Below, one piece after another: positions 37,293 through 48,213 of a DNA stretch of 64,000 nt. Position 1 is the stretch's first letter. Every line of letters begins with the position of its first letter. The notes under the pieces are model-generated. The model was not told the origin of the DNA. It saw only the letters and a list, made by a program, of their open reading frames with translations, and did no database searches. The stretch is from Mobula hypostoma (Eukaryota): the NCBI RefSeq assembly GCF_963921235.1, contig NC_086097.1, positions 248,808,001-248,872,000 on the forward strand. Direction: 5' to 3'. The translations under genes and the position numbers were made by a program.

Positions 37293-37365
37293 AGGCCCCA
37301 GTGAGATTTGAACTCACAACCCCTGGTTTACAAGACCAGTGCTCTAACCCCTGAGCTATGGAGCC
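37293..37365 (-). tRNA. tRNA-Thr, anticodon TGT
   Basis: GGCTCCATAGCTCAGGGGTTAGAGCACTGGTCTTGTAAACCAGGGGTTGTGAGTTCAAATCTCACTGGGGCCT, 73 nt, all four stems pair; TTTT 13 nt downstream; no encoded CCA. Confidence 0.92.
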
Positions 37366-37761
37366 CTTCAATGTAGCTCAGTCATGTGTGGCTTTTTTAA
37401 TATACTATTCAAGTTCCTGACCTGCTGTCTGTCTTAGCACAGTTTATGTTTTTTTTCCTTTAATTTTGATACTGTCTGTAACTTCTTTTTAGGCAAACCA
37501 CAGATAGTGAGTCCTGGCTTCAGAACAGTTCTTGCTCACTGGAATGTATCTGTTCTGTGTGTACTGAAATATCCCATCAAATATCTTGACACTGTGCAGT
37601 TTATCCCCGTAATTTCTCATGATACACCATTTCAATCTTTTGTTAACTGGGAAATAAACGTCAAGTTTAAGTTCAGTTTATTGTGTACACATATATACTG
37701 CCAAATGAAACAACGATCCCCCGGACCAAGGTGCACAACACACTGTACACACACACTACGC

Positions 37762-39103
37762 GAGGGCATATAATATAGGAAAAAATAGTGGGAAATTAGA
37801 GGATTGGGAATGGGAAGCTTTTAAAAACCAATAGAAGGCAACTAAAACGCCATAAGGTGGGAAAAGATGAAATATGAAGGTAAACTAGCCAATAGTATCA
37901 AAATGATACCCAAGTTTTTTTTTTAGTTATATAAAGAGTGAAAGAGGGGTGAGGGTGGATATTGGACCACTGGAAAATGATGCTGGAGAGGTAGTAACGG
38001 GGGACAAAGAAATGGACGGTGAACCTATTAAGTATTTTACAACTGTCCTCACTGTGGAAGACTCTAGCAGTACGCCAGAAATGTCAGGGGGCAGTAGTGA
38101 TTATAGTTGTTATTACTGAGGAGAAGGTGCTTGGGAAGCTGAATGGACTGAAGGTAGATAAAGTCACTTGGACCAGATGGTGTAAACCAAAGGGGTCTGA
38201 AAGGGGAAAGAAAAGAGATCGTGCAGGCATTAGTGATGATTGTTCAGGACTCACTGGATTCTGGAATGGTTCCGGAGGACTGGAAAATTGCAAACGTCAC
38301 TCAACTCCTTAAGAAGGGATGGAGGCAGAAGAAAGGAAATTATAGGCTAATTATCCTGACCTCAGTGGTTGGAAAGATGTTGGAGTCCATTATTAAGGAT
38401 GAGTTTTTGGGCTACTTGGAGGCACATGATAAGGTAGTAGGCCAAAGTTAGCTTGGTTTCCTTAAGAAGAAATCATGCCTGAAAAATCTGTTAGAATTCT
38501 TCGAGGAAATGACAAGCAAGATAGACAATTGAGAGTCAGTGGATGTGGTGTATTTGGGTTTTCAGAAGGCTTTTGACAAGGTGCCACGCATGAGGCTGCT
38601 CCCATGGAATTAGCTTGGCTGACTGGCAGGAGGGAAAGAGTGGGAATAAAGGGGACTTATTCTGGCTGGCTGCCAGTTGACAAGTGGTGTTCCACGGGGT
38701 CAGTGTTGGGATCACCTCTTTTCATATTACATACCAATGATATGGATGACAGAATTGATGGCTGTGTGACCAAATTTGCAGATGATAGGAAGATAGGTGG
38801 AAAGGAGGGCAATTTACAGGAAGCAAGGAGTCTGCAGAAGAAATTAAACAGATTAGGAGAATGGGCAAAGAAGTGTCAAAGGGAATATATTGTAGGGAAG
38901 TGAATGGTCATGCACATTGGTAGAAGGAATACAGGTGTGTGCAGGGACTTCAGAGTCACTGCAGATTAATATGCCGGTTGAGCTGGTGTTAAGGAAGAGA
39001 AAGGCAATGATAACATTCATCCTGAGAGAATTAAAATATAAGAGCAAGGCTGTGAGGCTGAGGCTTTATAAGGCATTGATCAGACTGCGTTTGGAATATT
39101 GTG
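37762..39103 (+). mobile_element. CR1 ORF2 fragment, decayed
   Basis: PEDWKIANVT...NYRLIILTSVVGKMLES, KFADDRKIG, LYKALIRLRLEYC. Confidence 0.88.
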
Positions 39104-40090
39104 AACACGAGGAAACCTGCAGATGCTGGAAATTCAAGCAACCCACGCAAAAAATGCTGGTGAACGCAGCAGGCCAGGCAGCATCTATAGGAAGAGGTAC
39201 AGTCGACGTTTCGGGCCGAGACCCTTCGTCAGGACTAACTGAAAGAAGAGCTAGTAAGAGATTTGAAAGTGGGAGGGGGAGATCCAAAATGATAGGAGAA
39301 GACAGGAGGAGGAGGGATGGAGCCAAGAGCTGGACAGGTGATTGGCAAAAGGGATATGAGAGGATCATGGGACAGGAGGCCTAGGGAGAAAGAAAGGGGG
39401 AATGGAGCCCAGAGGATGGACAGCAGGCAAGGAGTTATAGTGAGAGGGACAGAGGGAGAAAAAAGAGAGAGAGAAAAAAGGGGAAAAAAATTTTTTTTTT
39501 AAATATATAAATAAATAAATGAGGGATGGGGTACGAGGGGGAGGTGGGGCATTAACAGAAGTTAGAGAAGTCAATATTCATGCCATCAGGTTGGAGGCTA
39601 CCCAGACAGAATATATGGTGTTGTTCCTCCAACCTGAGTGTGGCTTCATCTTGACAGTAAAAGAGGCCATGGATAGACATATCAGAATGGGAATGGGACT
39701 TGGAATTAAAATGTGTGGCCACTGGGAGATCCTGCTTTCTCTGGTGGACAGAGCGTAGGTGTTCAGTGAAACGGTCTCCCAGTCTGCGTCGGGTCTCGCC
39801 AATATATAGAAGGCTGCATCAGGAGCACCAGACGCAGTATATCACCCCAGCCGACTCACAGGTGAAGTGTCGCCTCACCTGGAAGGACTGTCTGGGGCCC
39901 TGACTGGTGGTAAGGGAGGAAGTGTAAGGGCATGTGTTAGCACTTGTTCCACTTACAAGGATAAGTGGCGGGAGGGAGATTGGTGGGAAGGGATGGGGGG
40001 ATGAATGGACAAGGGAGGGAGCGATCCCTGCGGAAAGAAGAAAAGGGGGGAGGGAAAGATATGCTTAGTGGTGGGATCCCGTTGGAGGTT
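39104..40090 (-). mobile_element. Penelope-like element 3' part with GIY-YIG endonuclease remnant
   Basis: Minus strand FQVRRHFTCESAGVIYCVWCS*CSLLYIGETRRRLGDRFTEHLRSV...VATHFN. Confidence 0.9.
39200..39237 (-). ncRNA. Minimal type I hammerhead ribozyme motif (Penelope-associated), core intact
   Basis: UAGUC-CUGACGA-A-GGGU(CUCG)GCCC-GAAA-C-GUC-GACUG: stem I UAGUC/GACUG, stem II, loopless palindromic stem III (ACGU). Confidence 0.8.
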
Positions 40091-40670
40091 GCTTCCCCCA
40101 GGTAGACTGCCCCCCCCAACAGTACTCAATCAGGAGTACTTATTGTTAAGGGGGACAGCCACAGGGGTGCTCTCTAGCCTCTGACTCCTGCCCTTCCCTC
40201 TCCTGACTGTTACCCATTTATCTGTCTCCCGAGGCCCTGGTGTGACTACCCGCCTGTAGCTCCTCTCTATAACCTCCTCACTCTCCCTGACCAGATGAAG
40301 GTCATTGAGCTGCAATTCCAGTTCCCTAACCCGGTCCCTAAGGAGCTGCAGCTCAATGCACCTGACGCAGATGTGGCCATCCGGAAGGCTGGGAGTCTCC
40401 AGGATCTCCCACATCTGACACCGAGCACAGAACACCGGCCTCACACACATACTTCCTGTTTGTATTCCACACAGGCGACTTACCTCACCTCAGCCTGTTA
40501 CTGCCGAAGCCCCATTGAGCCGAAGCCCTCCTACTCTGACTCCCTCTACTCCGTCGCCCGCTTCTCTGATGCCTGCTCTGTAAAGCTGTCTCCTTTCAAA
40601 CTCTTCTCACTGTTTTAACTGGCTGACATCCATGCGATTGTGCAGTCGTGCCTCGATCAAACTGCTGAGG
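40090..40670 (-). mobile_element. CR1 5' region with ORF1 N-terminus
   Basis: ORF 40130-40450: CARC...CVRC zinc finger, leucine-zipper-like LQLLRDRVRELELQL, and PLNNKY. Confidence 0.8.
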
Positions 40671-40854
40671 AAAAAGAGGTTGAACGTATGTTGTCACTGT
40701 GACAGTGTGGGTTTTGCCCATCTGCGCTGGTTTCCTCCACACATTCTACGGTTAGGGTTCATGAGTTGTGGGCATGCTATGGTGGTGATACTTGCCCAGT
40801 ACAATCCTCTTTAACTTGACACTATGCAATGGATTTCACTGTATGTTTGATATA

Positions 40855-41297
40855 CAGTACTGTGCAAAAGTCTTGTCCACAAATATATAGCTAGGGTGTG
40901 TAAAACATTTGCACAGTACCGTCCTGTCAACTTGGAGTGGAGAGCGAGTTTGTCAATCTGATGGGAGCAAAGGATGTTGGGAATCGTGAGGGTGGGGCCC
41001 CTGGGAGAGGTGTGGGACGGAGTGCCAGGGGCAGGGGTGTTTGACACGGGTACAGACACACCCAGCCCTGAGACACCAGGCAAGGTCATTTGATTCCAAA
41101 CAATTAGTTTATTGATCATTACAGAATGTCTCTCTGGTGCTTCCCCCTCCCTCCCCTCTCCCTTCCCCTTTTCCTAACCATGATTCCCCTCTCCCTGCCC
41201 CCTTCCCACTCTCAGTCCACCATAGAGACCCATATCAGAACCAGGTTTATCATCACTCACGTATATCATGGATGCCTGGGACTTTTTTGCAATATTG
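40855..41297. mobile_element. Composite Tc1-type MITE (copy 2, right end partly deleted)
   Basis: TA-CAGTACTGTGCAAAAGTCTT start; GACTTTTTTGCAATATTG-TA end; interior collinear with 32404-32865. Confidence 0.72.
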
Positions 41298-41308
41298 TAC
41301 ATTAGATA

Positions 41309-41624
41309 GTGTGGACACATGGCCAAGTGGTTAAGGCGCTTGATTAGCGATCAGAAGGTCGTGAGTTCGAGCCCCAGCCGAGGCAGCGTGTTGTGTCTTT
41401 GAGCAAGGCACTTAATCACACAGTGCTCTGTGACGATTTTGGTGCCAAACTGCCTAATGCCCTTCCCTTGGACAACATCGGTGTCGTGGAGAGGGGAGAC
41501 TTGCAGCTTGGGCAACTGCTGGTCTTCCATACAACCTTGCCCAGGCCTGCTCCCTGAGAGTGAAGACTTTCCAGGTGCAGATCCATGGTCTCACAAGACT
41601 AATGGATGCCTTTAATTTAATTTA
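41309..41624 (+). mobile_element. tRNA-headed RTE-type SINE (copy 4)
   Basis: B box GAGTTCGAGCC; (TTTAA)n tail; TSD ACATTAGATA at 41299-41308 and 41625-41634. Confidence 0.9.
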
Positions 41625-41802
41625 ACATTAGATATTATTTACTACAGGTTTCCTGGTTTTGATGGAGTAGAGTCTTTGCTCTGAAATATTAACCCTGTTT
41701 CTCTTTCTCCCTGACGTGACAAGTGTTTTCCACACTTCTGCTTTACGTTATCTCTGAAGTAATGACCTGGGCATTCTTCCTTGCAAGCTGGAGAATTGTC
41801 CG

Positions 41803-42355
41803 TCAGTCAGGATCCACCATGGATTTTGTATTCCAGCTGTCTACATAATACACGAGCCAGGGCAGTACAATATGGAGAGCAAGTTGTTGTCCATGTAGCA
41901 AGCTCCCCGTCTCCACACATTTGATGAATCCAAAGGAATGGCAGAGACCGATACAACTTGCTGCAGGAGCTGCCTGTCAGCGTTGAACTCAACATAGGGT
42001 GCCTTAGGGTCTGCAGGTCCGGATTTTTCTAGGGGTTTACTCCAGAAGCTTTCCCAATGAGTGGGTATAGTCGCAAGACAGCGGAGGTTTGAGATTAGCG
42101 TTTTCCTAGATGAGCTGACAACTATAGCTGACAAGCCCCAGCTGCCTGAAGCAACTGGTTTTAAGGCCCCAGTAACCTGCCTTTTCCCATGTCCTGTCAG
42201 TAGAAATGGTTCCACTGGGCTTAGTAGCTAAGCTATGCGTGAAGGCCAGGAGCTAGACTTAGTTGTCAGAGGCTATTTGAGACATATGCCATTGGGAGCC
42301 TTTAGTAGATAGTGTGAGCTTATCCCCATTATCACCCTGGCTATGACAACTAGGA
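41803..42355 (-). mobile_element. RTE-related non-autonomous element (copy 3)
   Basis: Collinear with 5745-6290. Confidence 0.7.
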
Positions 42356-42433
42356 ATTCAGTTAACAGAACATGAAAAAGTTTAGAAGTATAGTGATTGG
42401 GCAGCACAGTAGGGCAGTGGTTAGCATAAAGCT

Positions 42434-43674
42434 TTCTTTCTTTTTTATTAATCTTTTTATTGATTTAAAAGAAACATAAATACAAAACAAGAGGAGAGTT
42501 ATCTCAAATATATATATCAATAACAATACAAACCAAGGTTAAGATAGACATTATCAAAATCATACATAGTGTTAAGCTAGTATATAATATTGTCACAAAT
42601 AGGATTGATATTGGAAATAACTATAAATAAAAATTTTTTCCATTAATTGACTACACCAAACAAATGCTTTCTAAATGGTCACCTATGACATTATCATTAA
42701 TAGATCGAATTAATGCTATTAAAATGATAGTTTTACTGAAATTCTTATGTATATTTCAGGCAGTTACTTCCTTTGTTCCTAAAAAGTTCTTTGACAGAAT
42801 AGATTCTATAATCTTATTTTATATTTGGAACAATAAAAATCCTAGATTGAGTAAACCCTTATTGCAGAAATTAAAAAAGGATGGTGGTATGGCTTTGCCA
42901 AATTTTAGAATGTACTACTGGACAATTAATATTCGATATATTACTTTTTGGATTCACTATTCAGATACACATGAATGTCCTTCATGGTTGGATTTAGAGG
43001 AAAACTCAGTGAAAGGATTCTCTTTGGCCTCTTTACTGGGAGCTCCTCTTACCTTTTTGTTTTCTAAAATTAGTAGACGAGATTTTAATCCCATTATTAA
43101 ACATACATTAAGAATCTGGTTTCAGTTTTGTAGATTTTTTTGAGTTAAACAATTTTATTCTTTCTAGTAATATCCATCTCAATTATTTTTTTAAGCCATC
43201 AATTTTGGATAAGGCCTTTTTAATTTGGGAAACCAAGGGAATAATAACTTTTTCAGATTTGTTTTTAGGGGACTGTTTAATGTCTTTTTCTCAGTTAGTG
43301 GATAAATATGATTTATCTAACGTACCCTTCTTTAGATATTTACAAATTAGGAATTTTTTACGTGGTTTGCTGCCAAATTACCCTTCTGCTCATCCACCTA
43401 ATATGACAGACGCTCTCTTTCAGTTTAAACCATTTCAAAAAGGGTTGATAGCTATAATCTATAAACAGTTATTGAACTCACGAATGATATCTAATGATAA
43501 AATTAAACGTGCTTGGGAATTGGAATTTCAAGAGTCATCTTCAGATAACCAATGGAGTAAAATTTTTCCTTTGGTTAATAACTCATTTATTTATGCCCGT
43601 CACTCCTTGATACAGTTCAAAGTAGTGCATCGGGCCCATATGTCAAAGGATGAACTAGCGCATATTTTTTCCAA
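42434..43674 (-). mobile_element. L1-clade LINE insertion with 5' inversion
   Basis: TSD TAGCATAAAGCT at 42422-42433 and 43675-43686; A-rich tail/3' UTR on minus (42434 to ~42590); ORF2 fragment on plus (LSLIDRINAIKM...KKDGGMALPNFRMYYW...FFRYLQIR...QFKVVHR). Confidence 0.85.
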
Positions 43675-44312
43675 TAGCATAAAGCTAGTGTAGCATCAGA
43701 AATCCAAGTTTAATTCCTCAGCTGGCTATGAGAAGTTTGTACATTCTTCCTGTGACTGCACAAGTTTTCTCTGGATGTTCTGGTTTCCTCCCACATTCCA
43801 AAGACATACAAATTAGTAGTTCAACATTTAAAGTAATTTTATTATCAAAGAATGTATATGTCACCAAATACAACCCTGAGATTCATTTTCTTGTGGGCAC
43901 GCTCACTAAATCCAAGAAGCACAATAGAATCAATAAAAGACCACACCCACCCAGACAGAAAAACAACCAATGTGCAAAAGACAACAAACTGTGCAAATCC
44001 AAAAGGAAAAAATAATAAATAAATAAACAAACAAACAAACAAGCAAGCAACAAATATTGAGAACATGAGATGAAGAATCCTTGAAAGAGAGTCCGTAGGT
44101 TGTGGGAACTTTTCAATGATGGGCAAATGCGGCTGAGTGAAGTTATACTTTGTATACTGTTGTAGATCACTCGATACAGTTTTGTAGGTTAATTGGTCAC
44201 ATGTTGATGCACTTAATTGAGGATCCATTTGTGATTGGAGGAAGTCACAGATTATGAGGACAGAGAATTCAGTTTGAAGGCTGGTCCTTAAACAGTACCA
44301 TGTCAGAAGAAA

Positions 44313-44504
44313 CACACATCAAAGTTGTTGGTGAACGCAGCAGGCCAGGCAGCATCTCTAGGAAGAGGTACAGTCGACGTTTCGGGCCGAGACCCGAAAC
44401 ATCGACTGTACCTCTTCCTAGAGATGCTGCCTGGCCTGCTGCGTTCACCAGCAACTTTGATGTGTGTTGCTTGAATTTCCAGCATCTGCAGAATTCCTCG
44501 TGTT
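44313..44504. mobile_element. Penelope-derived near-perfect fold-back element with 17-bp TSD
   Basis: TACCATGTCAGAAGAAA at 44296-44312 and 44505-44521; ~75-bp inverted arms around loop CCGAGA. Confidence 0.9.
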
Positions 44505-44916
44505 TACCATGTCAGAAGAAATTGGGTTAAGGAAAGTTAGTTGTTCTATGAGGGAGAAGGAACTGTCACCTATCAGATGACTGGCATCACTGGAGACAGC
44601 TGATTGACACTGTAGTAGCGTTACTCTACCCACTACGCTACTGATGTTAGTGCCTAGGTCACTCTGGCCCCAGGACCAGTCCAGGTTCCTGCGGCTGTCT
44701 ACCATCATCCATCATGCACAGTTTGTTTCTCCCTGCTGTGTTAAAGGTTTTCATGTACAGTACTCACCCCTCAGCACACCGGGCAGGAGGAACGGTTTGC
44801 AAAGTGCAAGCACTCAGAGACAATACTTGTACTGTTTTATTCTTTCAAGACATTTCCAGGTTTCTATCTGCCAAGGGCACCTGGCTGGAGCTCAGGAGAA
44901 TCCCTGTGGATCCTAG

Positions 44917-46140
44917 AGCAGAGAACAGGCATACTCCAAACGCTGTTCTATACAGCAGAGAACAGGCATACTCCAAACGCTGTTCTATACAGCAGAGAAC
45001 AGGCATACTCCAAACGCTGTTCTTTACAGCAGAGAACAGGCATACTCCGAACACTATTCTATACAGCAGAGAACAGGCATACTCCAAACGCTGTTCTATA
45101 CAGCGGAGAACAGGCATACTCCGAACGCTGTTCTATACAGCAGAGATCAGGCATACTCCGAACGCTGTTCTATACAGCAGAGAACAGGCATACTCCGAAC
45201 ACTGTTCTATACAGCAGAGAACAGGCATACTCCGAACACTGTTCTATACAGCAGAGAACAGGCATACTCCGAACACTGTTCTTTACAGCAGAGAACAGGC
45301 ATACTCCGAACACTATTCTATACAGCAGAGAACAGGCATATTCCAAACGCTGTTCTATACAGCGGAGAACAGGCATACTCCGAACGCTGTTCTATACAGC
45401 AGAGAACAGGCATACTCCGAACACTGTTCTTTACAGCAGAGAACAGGCATACTCCGAACGCTGTTCTATACAGCAGAGAACAGGCATACTCCAAACACTG
45501 TTCTTTACAGCAGAGAACAAGCATACTCCGAACGCTGTTTTATACAGCAGAGAACAGGCATACTCCAAACACTGTTCTATACAGCAGAGAACAGGCATAC
45601 TCCAAACACTGTTCTATACAGCAGAGAACAGGCATACTCCAAACACTGTTCTATACAGCAGAGAACAGGCATACTCCAAACACTGTTCTTTACAGCAGAG
45701 AACAGGCATACTTCGAATGCTGTTCTTTACAGCAGAGAACAGGCATACTCCAAACACTGTTCTATACAGCAGAGAACAGGCATACTCCAAACACTGTTCT
45801 TTACAGCAGAGAACAGGCATACTCCGAACACTGTTCTTTACAGCAGAGAACAGGCATACTCCAAACACTGTTCTATACAGCAGAGAACAGGCATACTCCG
45901 AACACTGTTCTTTACAGCAGAGAACAGGCATACTCCGAATGCTGTTCTTTACAGCAGAGAACAGGCATACTCCAAACGCTGTTCTATACAGCAGAGAACA
46001 GGCATACTCCAAACACTGTTCTTTACAGCAGAGAACAGGCATACTCCGAACACTTCTTTTTAACAGTAGAGAGCAGGCATACTCTAAACAATGTACTTTA
46101 CACTAGAGATTAGGCATACTCTAAGCAATGTTCTTTACAG
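44917..46140. repeat. Minisatellite, 37-bp unit, about 33 copies
   Basis: Unit AGCAGAGAACAGGCATACTCC(A/G)AAC(A/G)CTGTTCT(A/T)TAC; last 2-3 copies diverged. Confidence 0.97.
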
Positions 46141-46327
46141 TGGTACATGCAGCACAGTAGCCTAGCAGTTAGAGTAACAATTCACATTCCCAGAGATTGG
46201 AAGATCAGGGTTCAATTCTCTCCACGTCTGTAAGGAGTATGTATGTTTTCCCATTGGTCAAATGGACTTCCGGGTGCTCCTATTTCCTCCCACGTTCCAA
46301 AGACGTTAGGGCTAGTAAGTTGTTTCT

Positions 46328-47087
46328 GGAAAGATGCTGCCAGCAACGTCCTGCAGACAGTTCACGAAACGACTACTTCTCCTCTTTTACGGTGTGCGAT
46401 TGGAGCTTGTAGTTTACATTTTGAGTGGACTGAGTCATCCAGCACTCCAAGGGAATTCGGCGTGGATGAAAGCGAGGTTTGGGAATGGAGTGTGCAGCCT
46501 AACAGCAGAGCACAAAACCATGATCGGCTCCATTACTCGCTTATCTCGTCAATTAAAGCATGGAGCCAGATGAAATCGACAGGGATGAGAACGAAAAGTG
46601 AGCAGGTGTTCCGCACCGTCTGCCTGTGTTTGACTGGCTTCCCTCTCCCTCTTGCTCGTCACTGCCAGGGGAAGGTGCCGGTGGCTTGAGTCTTGGAACA
46701 GATTGTTTGGCGTGGTTTGTGGATTGGACTCGGTCTATGTGGTTCATTTTATATGTGCTTCTGGTTACTCTTTTTATTTTAAATCGCTATTTTGTGTGAT
46801 TTTGGTTGGGGCACTTCGACGCAGACTGGCTTTGGGGTCTGTAGTCAACGAATGACACGGCTAAATAGAACTGAACTGAACATTTCTAGACTGATTCAAT
46901 GACTTTGCATTTTGATGTTTAAGATTCTGTGTGTTATTCACTCGTTTTTGATGTTGGGTGTTTGATGTTTTCCTGGAATGGGTTCCATGGTGTTTCTCTG
47001 TTCTATGACTTCCTGTGGAGAAGACGAACCGTAGAGCTGCATGCATTCTTTAATAATGAGTGTACGTTCAATCTTTGAATCATTGAG
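46328..47087 (+). mobile_element. ORF-less non-autonomous LINE derivative nested in a SINE
   Basis: Starts GGAAAGATGCTGCC; contains (GAACT)n; Rex-like tail TAATAATGAGTGTACGTTCAATCTTTGAATC; host SINE (46140-46320) resumes at about 47088. Confidence 0.55.
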
Positions 47088-47244
47088 GGTATGCTGTGTT
47101 AGCCCTGGGAGCATGGCATCACTTCACAGCCCCCAGCACGTCCACGTCCTCGGACAGGGTATATCACTGATGCAAATGACACACGTTTCGATGTTTCAAT
47201 TTACATGTAACAAATAAAGCTGATCTTTACCCACCTGAACAAAG

Positions 47245-47760
47245 CTCAAAGTAAGGTCGAAGCAAATTTATTATCAAAGTACGTATTTGTCACCATATAC
47301 AAACCTGAGATTCATTTTCATGCAGGCATTCGTAGTAGAACAAAGAAACACAATCGAATTTATGCAAAATGATAAATAGCAAAGGCTGACAAACATCCAA
47401 TGTGCAAAAGAAGACAAATTGTGCAAATACAAAAAATATTAAATGGATAGATAAATAATGAAATAAATATTGCAGGGAACACGAATTGTAGAGTCCTTGA
47501 ATGTGAGTGTGTAGGTTGTGGAATCGTTTCAGTGTTGAGGTGAGTGAAGTTCTCCGGGCTGGTTCAGGAGCCTGATGGTTGAGGGGTAATAACTGTTCCT
47601 GAACCTGGCAGTGTGGGACCTAAGGTTTCTGCGCCTCGTTCCAGAAGGCAGCAACAAGAGGAGGGTATGCCCTGGGTGGTGAGGGTCCTTGCTGATGGAT
47701 GCTGCTTTCTTGTGGCAGTGCTCAATGATGGGGAGGGCTTTGCCTGTGATGGACTGAACT
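47245..47760 (-). mobile_element. Rex1/Babar 3' end
   Basis: Collinear with 12635-13385. Confidence 0.75.
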
Positions 47761-48213
47761 TTGTGTAATAATGGAATTTATGAAAAGCCATGATAAACAA
47801 AGTAACATACAGCCCCTCACCCTTTTATTCAGCATCTTTTCCCTTCCTTCTCAGTCCTAATAAAGGAACTCGGCCTGAAACATCAACTGTTCATTCATTT
47901 CCATAGATGCTGCCTGACCTGCTGCATTTTTTGTGTGCTGCTTGGATTTCCAGAAATGCAGAATACTTTTTGTGTATGATTTCCTTCTCTAATCACTGTA
48001 CTTTATCAGCTTAACAAGGACACTCTTACAGTCTGCGACTCCACATCCTCCCCTCCTTTTCAAGATTCAAGATTGTTTTATGTCATTTCCAGTACACAAG
48101 TGTAAAGGAGAACCAAATAATTGTTACTCTGGATCCGATGCGGCACAAAAAGAAACATAACAAAATAAAGAACTCAATAATAAAAACACAATAAATATAA
48201 ATACATAAGATAG

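Noticed and set aside
44850..44928. Candidate coding exon (ISRFLSAKGTWLELRRIPVDPRAENR)
   Set aside because: Acceptor plausible, but the donor is a weak GCATAC and the peptide is not recognised
44714..46063. 449-aa ORF
   Set aside because: Arises because the 37-bp unit has no plus-strand stop; cycles through all three frames; no recognisable domain
44917..46140. CRISPR-like array (37-bp palindromic repeats)
   Set aside because: Units are directly adjacent with no unique spacers, there are no cas genes, and the context is eukaryotic
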